From an uncultured bacterium (GTDB taxonomy: Bacteria > Verrucomicrobiota > Verrucomicrobiia > Limisphaerales > UBA8199): a stretch of 64,000 nt of DNA. Location of the stretch: positions 1-64,000 of the forward strand of contig CAVVMW010000001.1 of NCBI GenBank assembly GCA_963749495.1, read 5' to 3'. Numbering within the stretch: position 1 is the first letter of the stretch; each line of letters opens with the position of its first letter. The notes under the pieces were generated by a model, which ran no database searches, was not told the DNA's origin, and was given only the letters and a program-made list of their open reading frames with translations. Position numbers and translations under genes: made by a program. Positions 52,207-61,920 of the stretch are shown here, in pieces.

Positions 52207-52243
52207 TGGCGGATTCTTCTCTCAGCCGGCGTTTTACTGGTGA
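52207..52243 (+). promoter_or_regulatory. Conserved ECF-type promoter motif upstream of sigma 3
   Basis: TGGCGGATTC..GTTTTACTGGTGA. Confidence 0.6.
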
Positions 52244-52250
52244 ACCGAAG

Positions 52251-53750
52251 ATGACCGAGACCCGGACATTGCTTGCGGACTACGTTAAAGACGGATCGGA
52301 GGAGGCATTTCGTGAACTGGTCGCCCGGTACATCGGGCTTGTGTATTCGACGGCCCTGCGGTTGGTGTGCGGGGATGCCCATTTTGCGGAGGACGTGACT
52401 CAAACGGTGTTTGTGCACCTGGCCCGCAAGGCCCGCACGCTGCCAAGCGAGGTGATGCTGGGGGGCTGGTTGCACCGGGACACCTGTCATGTGGCGGCCA
52501 CGTTGATGCGCGGGGAGCGCCGGCGCCAAAACCGTGAAAGGCAAGCCATGGAACTCCAAGCTCTGCAGGACCACTCCGAAGCCAACCTGGCCCAGCTTGC
52601 GCCTTTTCTGGACGAGGCCATCGACCAACTGGGGAAGGAGGACCGGTTGGCCATCACGTTGCGCTTCTTTGAGCAGCGGGACCTGCGCTCGGTCGGCGAG
52701 GCCCTGGGCAGCAGCGAGAATGCCGCCCAGAAGCGCGTCAGCCGCGCCCTGGAGGCGCTGCGGAATCTCCTCAAACACCGGGGCATCGCTCTCTCCGTCG
52801 GCGCGCTGGGCGCCGCCCTGGGCACGGGAGCCGCCGCGGCCAGCGTGCCCGCCGGGCTGGCGGCCAGTGTCGCCGGGACAGCCTTGGCCGGCGCAGCCGC
52901 CGGCGGGGGCCTCACAGGAGCCGTTTTGGAACTTCTGGCTATGACCAAGCTTAAACTTTGCCTCACTGGCGCCGTCGTGGTTGCCAGCCTCGCTGTCCCT
53001 CTCATCGTGCGGCATCAGGCCCGGCTCGAGTTGCGGGCGCAGGACGAGCGGCTGCGCCAGCGGAAGGATGAGTTGGCTCGATTGGCGGCGGACAACCAGC
53101 GCCTGGCCAGGCTTCTGGCCCAGGCCCGGAGCGCACCGGCCCTCCCGAGGGATCAGTTCACGGAGTTGCTGCGGCTGCGCGGCCAGGTCGGGCGTCTGCG
53201 AACGGAGGCCCGCCTACTGGCGCAGGCGCTCGATGCGGGCGCCCCCTCGGGAGAGGGCAATTGGGGGGACAAGGAAGAAATGTACGCCCAGCGCATCAAC
53301 CAGCTCAAGCAGTGGCTGGGCGAGCACCCCGCCGAGAAGATTCCTGAACTCCAGTTCCTGACCGACCGTGACTGGCTCGATGCCGCCCCGGCGGCGGAGA
53401 ACGGCTTTGATGCCGCCATGAGCCTGCTGCGGGCCAACGCAGAACTCAGAGTCACAGGCAGGTTCTTTGGCGCGCTTGACCAGTACGGCAGGGACCACAA
53501 CGGCCAGTTTCCCGCCGAGGTCGCTCAATTGAAGCCGTATCTGGACCCGCCTGTGGATGACGCCATCCTTGACCGCTACGTGATCCTGCCGGCGACCAAC
53601 CTGGTGCCCGAGCTTCGGTGCGATGGGGATTGGGTGATAACTGAAAAAGCGCCCGTAAATGAAGCCCTGGACGCGCGGAGCGCCACCGGCCTCACTATCG
53701 GAACCTTTGCCGATGGCCGGGTCACCAATCGGTGGGAGCTTCTGCATTGA
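52251..53750 (+). CDS. ECF sigma factor 3 with TM, coiled coil and C-terminal domain
   Basis: LLADY, SEEAFRELV, GGWLHR and AAQKRVSRALE; ELLRLRGQVGRLR; YGRDHNGQFP. Confidence 0.92.
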   Translation: MTETRTLLADYVKDGSEEAFRELVARYIGLVYSTALRLVCGDAHFAEDVTQTVFVHLARKARTLPSEVMLGGWLHRDTCHVAATLMRGERRRQNRERQAMELQALQDHSEANLAQLAPFLDEAIDQLGKEDRLAITLRFFEQRDLRSVGEALGSSENAAQKRVSRALEALRNLLKHRGIALSVGALGAALGTGAAAASVPAGLAASVAGTALAGAAAGGGLTGAVLELLAMTKLKLCLTGAVVVASLAVPLIVRHQARLELRAQDERLRQRKDELARLAADNQRLARLLAQARSAPALPRDQFTELLRLRGQVGRLRTEARLLAQALDAGAPSGEGNWGDKEEMYAQRINQLKQWLGEHPAEKIPELQFLTDRDWLDAAPAAENGFDAAMSLLRANAELRVTGRFFGALDQYGRDHNGQFPAEVAQLKPYLDPPVDDAILDRYVILPATNLVPELRCDGDWVITEKAPVNEALDARSATGLTIGTFADGRVTNRWELLH

Positions 53751-53771
53751 CACACAGCCAATCGAGAAACC

Positions 53772-54489
53772 ATGAAAACACTGCACGTGAGCCTTATCGG
53801 GGCCGCCGTGATTGCCGGGGTCGTGGTATCCCTGGCGATTCGAGGCCGGACACACGTCGAGATGCGCCAAAGGGAGGCTGCCGCGCGGCAACAGGATCAA
53901 GAACTGGCTGCTCTCGCTGCCGAGCACGAACGGCTTTCCAATCTCGTCGCCCAGCCCGCCGGCGCGCGCAAACGAGCCGGCCGCCGAGTTGGAGAAACTG
54001 CGCGCCCAGGCCTCCGGGCTCCGCGCGCAGAAGGACAACCTCGAAAAGCAGGCCGAAGAAAAAGCGGCGCGCCCGCCAGGCGCGGCCCGATCCAAACCAG
54101 GCCCCCATCCACCCGAGTATTATCAGGAGAAGGACCGGCTCTCAGCCGGCAAGACCTCGGATGGCAGGATCCTCGGCATTGCATTCGCCATGTATGCCAT
54201 GGATCATGATGGCCGATTCCCCTCGACCATGGATGAAGTCGCCACGTATTGCGGGAAGGAAGACATGATCCTTACCGGCACCAATGAGTTCGAAATCCTT
54301 TTCAAGGGATCGACCGCCAACTTGAAGGTGCCGCGGGGCGAGGTGATTGTGTGCCGGGATCGGCAGACCTGGGGCGCGCCCAGCGGAAAGATGGCGAGGA
54401 TTTATATCACGGCGGACGGGGCGGTCCAGACCATCGAATCCGATGACAACTTCCAGGCCTACGAATCGGCGCACATCATCAGCCGCTGA
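53772..54489 (+). CDS. Sigma-less TM + coiled coil + C-terminal module, orphan A (frameshift near 53970)
   Basis: ORF 53772..54209 N-part joins ORF 53812..54489 C-part; similar to the sigma 4 C-terminus (GRFP, FEI.F.GS, RIY..ADG.VQ). Confidence 0.8.
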
Positions 54490-54993
54490 TCTCTCAGGTC
54501 CTGGACCCCGTGTCAGGGCCAAACTGGCGCGCCCAGGTCGCCATCCTCGGCTCCAGCGGCGCCCATGGCCCTGAGCTTCCACTGGGCCCCGATCTTCTCA
54601 AGCGCGAACTTGCGGGTTTTGCCCTCGCCATCGAAGTAAACGTCCAGAATCGCCTGGTCCGCGGCGGTCAGTTTTTGTCCAACCAGGTAGAACGCGCCGG
54701 ATGGGCCGAGCGAGTCCGCAATGTTCCTGGTCGAGGCTGCGATCTCATCCGCCGGGGAGCCATGCTCGACCCCCACCCAATCTTCGCGGGTCATCCTCCT
54801 CTTTGCCTCCGGTGTCACACTGGCGGCCAGGAGGCTTGTGTCGCCCCGGCCCATGGCGCAGAGCGCCGTTTCTAGCCCGCATATTTCATAGTTGATCGCG
54901 AAATTTGGCATGAAATCGCCATGGTGGGCCGGATTTACCGGGCCTGGACCACTGGCAGGATGGCGGGTGGGTTACCGACAGGGTGTCGAACGC

Positions 54994-55215
54994 TCAGCCG
55001 ACTGCCAAAGCGCGGGGACGAGCGCGCGGCGGCGGGGCGTGCGGGCGCACCAAATATAGTTCGCTTCGGTTCAAAAGCTCCCACTCGACCTGCTCTCCCG
55101 GCTCCAGCCCAATGGCGGCGGCCAGGGGGATCGGAAAATACACATAGAGCTTGGGGGTCTGCCCCTTGGAACGGATTGCCTGCACTTTGAGTGAATATTT
55201 TACTTGCTTTTTCAT
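54994..55215 (-). CDS. Small AbrB/MazE-like protein inside IS1380
   Basis: LYVYFPIPLAAAIGLEPGEQVEWEL fits the swapped-hairpin pattern; divergent from the transposase. Confidence 0.6.
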   Translation of the reverse strand: MKKQVKYSLKVQAIRSKGQTPKLYVYFPIPLAAAIGLEPGEQVEWELLNRSELYLVRPHAPPPRARPRALAVG

Positions 55216-55237
55216 ATCTAGCCTATAGACTAACTAC

Positions 55238-56686
55238 ATGTGCGTTGCCAATCAAGCAATTCTCTTTGATGACTTGGGTCCTCGCCGTGTGCAAGCCGAT
55301 TTCTCCGGCGGCGCCCTCTCCAGTGATGCCGGCGCGCTGCTGCTGCGCCAGGTTGACACTAACCTCGGGGTGACGGCGGAACTGGCGCAATGTTTTTACG
55401 ACCTGCGTGACCCCGACTGGGTAGACCATTCGGTGCAGGAACTCCTGCGCCAGCGCATCTTCGGAACGGCCCTGGGCTACGAAGACATTGAGGATCACCA
55501 GCGCCTGCGCTTGGACCCGCTGCTGGCTGCCGCCTGCGGCAAGACCGATCCGCTGGGACAAGACAGGGTGCTGCCGCAGCACCGGGGCATCGCGCTGGCG
55601 GCGCCCTCCACACTCAACCGGCTGGAATTATCCAATAACAAAGACACGCGCTGCCACAAACTGCCGCACGCCCCAGCCAAGGTGGAAGCCTGCCTGCTGA
55701 AAATGGGGGTGCGCTGTCTGCCCAAACGCGCCAAGGAGATCGTGGTGGATTTGGACGCAATGGGCCATCGGTTGCACGGATTTCAGGAGGGGCGGCACTT
55801 CAACGCCTACTATGACGACTATTGTTATCTGCCGCTCTATGCCTTTGTCGGGGACTTCCCGCTATGGGCGCAACTGCGCACCGCCGAGCACGAGGCAGCC
55901 CACGGAGCGGTGCCCGCGCTGGAGAAGATAGTGGCCGCGATTCGCAAGCGTTGCCCCAAGGCGCGGATTATTGTGCGCGGGGACAGCGGTTTTGGCCGGC
56001 AGGAGATTATGGCTTGGTGCGAGAGCCAGCGGGGGATTTACTATTGCCTGGGCTTGGCCAAGAACTCGGTGTTAATTGAGAAGCTGGGGCCGGCCCTGGC
56101 TCAAGCCCGGGCCCGTCACTGTCTGACCGGTGCGGCCAGCGTGCGCCAGTTCGCTGAGTTTCAATACCGGACGCTCGACAGTTGGAGTCGGGAGCGCCGG
56201 GTGATCGGCAAAGCCGAAGTGATGAACGCAGGGGAAAACCCACGGTTTGTGGTGACCAATCTGCCTGCCGAAGGCTTCAAGAACGATGAGGATGAGGATG
56301 AGCAACAGAGCCGCTTCAGTCCGGCCCGGCTTTATGAGGAACTGTACTGCGCCCGGGGCGATATGGAAAACCTGCTCAAGCAGCAAGTGCTGGATTTACA
56401 CGCCGACCGGATGAGCACGCATTATATGGCCAGCAATCAGTTTCGATTGTGGGAGGCCATGTTTGCTTACCTGTTGATGGAGCGCTTGCGCACGCAGGGC
56501 TTGGCGGGAACGGAGTTGGAGCGGGCGACGGCTGGGAGCCTGCGTGTGAAGCTGCTGAAAATCGCGGCCCAGGTGCGCGTGAGCGTGCGCCGGGTCTATG
56601 TGCAGATGTGCAGCGCCTATCCCTTGCAAGCGCTGTTTCGGCGGTGCCACCGGCGGCTGATGGCGTTGGCGCCGGCCCCGGGCTAA
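55238..56686 (+). CDS. IS1380 family transposase
   Basis: FSGGALSSDAG, GYED, VVDLDA, VRGDSGF, YCARGDMEN and LRVKLLKIAA. Confidence 0.96.
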   Translation: MCVANQAILFDDLGPRRVQADFSGGALSSDAGALLLRQVDTNLGVTAELAQCFYDLRDPDWVDHSVQELLRQRIFGTALGYEDIEDHQRLRLDPLLAAACGKTDPLGQDRVLPQHRGIALAAPSTLNRLELSNNKDTRCHKLPHAPAKVEACLLKMGVRCLPKRAKEIVVDLDAMGHRLHGFQEGRHFNAYYDDYCYLPLYAFVGDFPLWAQLRTAEHEAAHGAVPALEKIVAAIRKRCPKARIIVRGDSGFGRQEIMAWCESQRGIYYCLGLAKNSVLIEKLGPALAQARARHCLTGAASVRQFAEFQYRTLDSWSRERRVIGKAEVMNAGENPRFVVTNLPAEGFKNDEDEDEQQSRFSPARLYEELYCARGDMENLLKQQVLDLHADRMSTHYMASNQFRLWEAMFAYLLMERLRTQGLAGTELERATAGSLRVKLLKIAAQVRVSVRRVYVQMCSAYPLQALFRRCHRRLMALAPAPG

Positions 56687-57372
56687 GTGCAGAAAAATGG
56701 GGTCGATGTTTCAAGAGTCACGGGAGGGGTGTTTTCAGCGGCAGCCTTTTTGTTTGACTAAAGACTCCGTTGCGCCCTGATCAGTGCCCAGACGGAAAAA
56801 ACTGCGCCGCCCAGCCCGATTTGTCTCCAAAAAATCCTCCGAAACGCGAAAAGCCGGGTGGGCTATGAAATATGCGGGCTAGGGCAGAGGCCGGCTCGGC
56901 GTATCCGGCGAAGGCAAGTTGGGCCTTGGGCCAATGGGCCAGGATCGCTGCCTCGGGGGGCGGCCCGGCCGGTTGCCGCGCGGAGTCCGTCGCGGCCGTG
57001 ATGAGCCGTTGGTTCAGCGCCCGGAGTTGGTCCACCTCGCCTGCAATCCGCCGCAACTGCCCGATTTCGCCGCGCAGCTTCAATACTTCCCGGAGCCGCT
57101 CGCCGGTTGCTGAGTGCCCTTTCGCTCGTTCTACAAGATTGGAGAGGCGCTGGTTTTCGGCGGACAGGCTGGCCAGCCGTTCTTCCCGCTCCCGGAGCAG
57201 TTCATGCTGATCGCGCCATCCGGCCTGCGCGTGGCGCCAGGCCGCCAAGGGCGCGGCCACGCAGGCGGCCAGCAGGGCGCCGGCCAGGCCAAGCTTCAAC
57301 CATTCGCGCCTTCCCGCGTGCAGGTCCGTTCTCATCTGCTGGTCTTCACTCGTTGCGTCGCTGTTCAGATCG

Positions 57373-57454
57373 CCGCATAGGAGCGCGGACGCCCTCGTCC
57401 GCGCGGCACCCGTGCCGAGAGACGCGCGGACGAGGCGTCCGCGCTCCTATGCGG
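57373..57454. repeat. REPIN-like element (ATAGGAGCGCGGACGC arms), copy 2
   Basis: Perfect 21-bp inverted arms CCGCATAGGAGCGCGGACGCC. Confidence 0.85.
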
Positions 57455-57491
57455 CAGTGCTTCTCGGGGTGGCCTGAACCTTTGCTTCCTT

Positions 57492-58935
57492 TCACTGTCC
57501 GGGCGTTGGAACAATGTGCTCCTTTTCCCAGGCCTCGGGAGTGTCGTAACTGATTGTAGCTCCTCCGGCCCCCTGCTGTTTGCGGGGGAACCCCATCTGC
57601 TGAACCGAGCCATCGGCCATGCCATAAATCCGGCTCCATCTGCCTTCGCCGACGCGCCGTGGCTGCCGCTCGCGCAGAACGATGACGTCCCCTGGATTGG
57701 TCAACGAATCCAGCGAGCCTTGGAATACGATCTCGAACTCATCGGGACTGATGTTGGTGCCCAATTTGCCCGAGTTCTTCGCGTAAATGGATGTCACTTG
57801 CTCGAAGCTGGCCGGGAATCGCCCCTGGTTGTCCTCGGCGTACCTCGAGAGTGCTCTGAGCCAATGGAAGGCGCCGGTCGCCCTGACGACGGCCTCTTCC
57901 CTGGCTTGCACCGGCGCCTTTGGCTTGTCGTCGGAGGCCTGCCGCAGCCGGCGATTCTCCGCGCGCAGGCCCGCCAAGTCGTTCGTTCGCCCGCGAAGCG
58001 ACTCGGCTTGGGCGCGCAGCGCGGGCAACTCCCGCAATTGATCATCGAGGCCCGAACCACCGGCCCGCGCCGCGAGACCGGACAGGCGCTCATTGTCCGC
58101 TTCGAGTTGGGCCGCTTTGTCCACCTGCTGCCGCAATAAATCCTCCTGTGCGCCCAACTCGGCCCGGGCCTGACAATGAATGATGAGAGAAGTGGTGACG
58201 CTGGCCGCCACCAGGACGCCGAGCATGCCCGCCTTGATTTTTGTCATCGCCATAATCTTTATGAGGGTTGCGGAAATCGGGAGGCCGGCGGCCGGACTGG
58301 CGAGCACGGTCCCGGCCACGCTCGCCGCCAGGCCCGTCGGCGCCGCGACGACAGCCTCGTCAGCCAGGGCCACGCCCAGAGCCTGCCGCCGAAAGGGCGA
58401 CGCCCCGGCGCCTGAGCAGGACCTGGAGTTTCTCCAAAGCGCGGCCCACGCGCTTGCGCGCCGCGTCTTCGTTGCTGCCCAGCGTCTCGCCGACCGAGCG
58501 GAAATCGCGCTGCTCGAAAAAGCGCAGCAGGATGGCGGTTCGATCTTCATGTCCGAGCAGGTTGATGGCTTCATCGAGCAGGGGCACAAGTTGTTCGAGG
58601 TTCGCCTGGGAATGGTCGTCGCACGCATTCATAAAGGCAGCCTGGCGTTCCCGGGCCTGGCGGCAACGCTCGCGCCGCAGGCTCTTGCTCGCCACGAAAC
58701 AGGTGTCCCGGTGCAGCCACCCGCCCAAAGAAGATTCGCGCGCCAGCCGGCGCGCGTTATGGGACAGGCGCAGAAAAACGGTCTGGGTCACGTCCTCCGC
58801 CCAGTGCGCGTCGCCGCCAACCAGCCGGAGCGCGGTGGAATAGACCAGGCTGACATAGCGCGCCACCAACTCGCGAAAGGCTGCTTCCGAGCCGCTCTCC
58901 GCATATTCCGCGAGCAATCGTTGGCTTTCGGTCAT
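57492..58935 (-). CDS. ECF sigma factor 4 with TM, coiled coil and C-terminal domain (frameshift near 58385)
   Basis: Sigma core in ORF 58360..58935; extension in ORF 57492..58628. Confidence 0.9.
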
Positions 58936-58940
58936 CTTCG

Positions 58941-58977
58941 TTCACCAGTATAACCCCGCCGCAGACCGAAACCGGAC
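58941..58977 (-). promoter_or_regulatory. Conserved ECF-type promoter motif upstream of sigma 4
   Basis: Minus strand TGTCCGGTTT..GTTATACTGGTGA. Confidence 0.6.
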
Positions 58978-59062
58978 AAAAAAAGGGTTCATCCGAGAAG
59001 TTCCTGCCTGGAGTGATGAAGGCCAAGGAGTCTGAGGACCGATACTGGGCGTGCCGGGAGCC

Positions 59063-59280
59063 TGCGTCACCGCGTAGCGGTGCTTGATGGTAGCCGTGGA
59101 CTTCCAGTCCACGGTCCCATGGCCCAAGCTCCGCTGCGTCGCGTAGCGACGCTTGAGAACAGGATTCGATTTGGCCAGCGCCAGGCCCTCAGGCGTCGCT
59201 ACGCAACGCGCGGCCATTCCCACGCCCCAAACCGTGGACCGAGGTCCACGGCTACCTTCAGCGCGTCGCTACGCGACGCA
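59063..59280. repeat. Palindromic repeat of about 210 bp (GTCGCGTAGCGAC family), copy 1
   Basis: Shares GGTAGCCGTGGACTTCCAGTCCACGG and CCGTGGACCGAGGTCCACGGCTA with the copies at 62774-63194. Confidence 0.9.
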
Positions 59281-59410
59281 GGCGCTGCGCTGGTGACTCC
59301 GAGGAGGCGGCCGAGAGGTGGAAGAGGGGGTCACGCGATGAAGGCGGCACAGCTATTTGTGAGCAGTAGTTCTGCTTGAACCTTTTTGGGGCGAGTGGCA
59401 CAAAGAAGAC

Positions 59411-59984
59411 ATGGAAGCAGAGCCGGGCCCAGCGCCTCGAGAGAATGACGCCGCAGGCGTGCGGGAATTGCTCAGCGCCCACGGCGACCGGTTGCTGCGC
59501 TCGGCCTTCCTGCTGTGCGGGCGGGAGGCCGACGCCCAGGACCTGGTCCAGGAGACGTTCCTGCAGGCCCTGCGGGCGGAGCGCCGGTTCCGCAACCAGT
59601 CGAGCGTCTATACCTGGCTGCACGGGATACTGCTCAACTTAAGCCGCCATTACCACCGGGACCGCAAACGAATCGTCTATGGAGGCGAGCAAGTCGAGGA
59701 AACCCCCGCGGACGCGGCGGAAAACCCAGTCGCGCTGGACGTTCCGGACGACCGTCCGGGCGCTGCAACACGCCATGGGCCAACTCTCCCTCCTTCATCG
59801 CGAGGTGCTCGTCCTGCGCTTCTATGAGGACATGAAGATTCACGAGATAGCCGCTCACCTGGGCGTCTCCAAAGGCACCGTGAAATCCCGCCTGCACTAC
59901 GCCCTCACGCGGATGCAGCAGCTTGTGCCGGGGGAGATGAACCTTTTCGCGGCGGATGGCACAGAAAGGACAGAGCGAAGATGA
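59411..59984 (+). CDS. Classical ECF sigma factor 5 (frameshift near 59745)
   Basis: DAQDLVQETF and SSVYTWL; REVLVLRF..EIA..GTVKSRLHYA. Confidence 0.9.
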
Positions 59985-60532
59985 ACTGCAAGCGGGTCGA
60001 GTATTGGCTGGATGAATACGTCGAGGGCACGCTGCCGCCCGGAAAGCGGGCGGCGGCGGAGCGGCACCTGGCGGCGTGCGCCGCATGCCGCGCGAGGCTG
60101 CGCCGGTATCGTGAGTTCGGGCGCAGCCTGACGAACCACATGCAGCAGGCCACTCAATCACTCCGGCTGCGCCCGGAGAGCGAGCGGCGCCTGTTGCAGG
60201 CCCTGCGGGAGGCGGCTCCGCAAACGGCACGGCCGGGACTGCCCCGGCTTTCGTGGGCATGGTGGACTCGATGGCTGCCTTGGGCTGCCGCCGCCTGCCT
60301 CCTGGCCGCGGGCGCCTTGCTGGCGGCTTACCTGGCCTGGCGTCCGAGTCGAGGCTCGGCAGCGAGCACAGACAGTTCATCCTTGGTTCCCATCCACCTC
60401 TCATATATCACGCCCAGGCTCACCTTCCGGCAGGAAGGAGCGTATGTGATCGACACGCTGAGCTACGAGACCGTCACCGCTGACGGACTGTTTTGGCCGG
60501 AACACGGTCGAAAATCCGCTGGAAAACAATAA
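59981..60532 (+). CDS. Zinc-finger (zf-HC2) anti-sigma factor
   Basis: HLAACAAC motif and TM; ATGA overlap with sigma 5. Confidence 0.88.
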   Translation: MNCKRVEYWLDEYVEGTLPPGKRAAAERHLAACAACRARLRRYREFGRSLTNHMQQATQSLRLRPESERRLLQALREAAPQTARPGLPRLSWAWWTRWLPWAAAACLLAAGALLAAYLAWRPSRGSAASTDSSSLVPIHLSYITPRLTFRQEGAYVIDTLSYETVTADGLFWPEHGRKSAGKQ

Positions 60533-60552
60533 AAGCTCTTGCACCCCCAAAT

Positions 60553-61480
60553 ATGAAAATTCAACCCTTGCGCTTGAGATCCCTGGTTCGGTTCGGCCTG
60601 GCGGCAGGCCTGGCGTCCTGGACGGCCGCGAGTCCGGCAGCGGCTGCCGCGGGCGACGAAGAATTCCCGCACACGGTCCCGTTCGAGGTGGGCAGGACCC
60701 GCTTCGCGCCCGGTGACAGCATCACCATTCAGTCCGTGCGCGGCACAGCAGCCGAGTTCCGCACCAACGAGACCTACTGTGTCGAAGGGGTGTACACACT
60801 CAACTCCGCCCCGGAGGCCGACCTGTCGCTGTTCGTTACGACGCGGCACGAGGCGCCGGCCGAAATCGAACCCGCGCCAGCGGGTCCGCGTCAAGAAAGG
60901 GAGCGGCTCGTTTCGCCTGGTCGAGAGGATGGCTGCCGAAGGCTGTCCGCACGTGAGTTTCTATCCCGTTCCCGCCGGGGCGAGCGGCGGCGGGGTCTAT
61001 TTCGGGAAGGGCGCCTGGCTGCTGCCCGAGCAGGGTCCTGGGCGCCGCAGCCACTCGAAGGCCGTCGGCGCGCCCACAGAGCTCTTGTCCGGACCCAATC
61101 GCGTTCTGTTGGAATACCTGGGCGAACCGGTCCCGCCGCCCGCTAACCTGGAAGGCGCCTACACCAGGGACGGGCTGCGTGAGGCCGTGCAAGCGGCCGC
61201 CCGCAAGGCGGGCATCGCGACGCCGCAGATCCTGATTGATGATTCGGAATATCCTCTCCTGGTGGGAGTGGTTTGCCAGGAGGGCGGCTTCGATCGGCTC
61301 AAAACCCAACTCGGAAAGGTCGAGGCCTATGAGTACCACGGCGGCGTTGGCGGCCACACGCGGCACGCCTTCAATGTCACCCCCTTTCGCGTCTGGCCGC
61401 CCGAGGTCCAGGAGCGCGCTTCCCGGCGTCTCATGCTCAGAATGCAAGTCCTCCATGACCGCCTGAACGAGCCGGAATAG
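60553..61480 (+). CDS. Secreted hypothetical protein (frameshift near 60870)
   Basis: Signal peptide; ORFs 60493..61146 and 60713..61480 join. Confidence 0.65.
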
Positions 61481-61920
61481 GGACGGATGGTGGTAGAGAT
61501 GCGCCCGCAGACCACGCAGATCGCAGAATCGAAGGGGTGAATGCAAGTTTCTGCTTATTCTGCGTGATCCGCGGGAAAGGCCGGGGCGAGATGAAAGCAG
61601 CCCATGCCTCAACGCTCGGTTTGCCTGTGTCGAGACATGCCAATCCCCACGGACGGCCCAAGCCGCCCTGCTCCGGGCTGCACCTTACGCGGAGGTTTTC
61701 TCGTTTCGGCTCTTCGTTTCCTTTGTTCCCTTCTGTAAAGGGGCTGGCAGCCACCAACCCTGCCCCAGAACAAAGCGGCCTGATCCAGCCAGGCGATGAT
61801 CGCATCCATGACGGGTGTCGATATTCTCGATTGATTCGAAACGTCGCGCAGGGTGATCGGGTTTGGTCGCAATGTGAGTTGAGTTTGGAGAGAATGAGCC
61901 GCCTTTCCTGCTTTGCCTCG

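Larger units (their letters stand above)
54876..56878 (+). mobile_element. IS1380 family insertion sequence, 2003 bp, CTAG TSD
   Basis: Perfect 16-bp IR CCCGCATATTTCATAG; CTAG at 54872-54875 and 56879-56882. Confidence 0.95.
54513..57335 (-). pseudogene. Sigma-less TM + coiled coil + C-terminal module, orphan B, interrupted by IS1380
   Basis: Removing the IS and one CTAG gives ..AGYAEPASAL-ETALCAMGRGD.. in frame to TGA at 54513. Confidence 0.85.

Noticed and set aside
52251..58935. Diversity-generating retroelement acting on the sigma tails
   Set aside because: No reverse transcriptase, and no near-identical TR/VR pair differing at adenines; the similarity is at protein level only.
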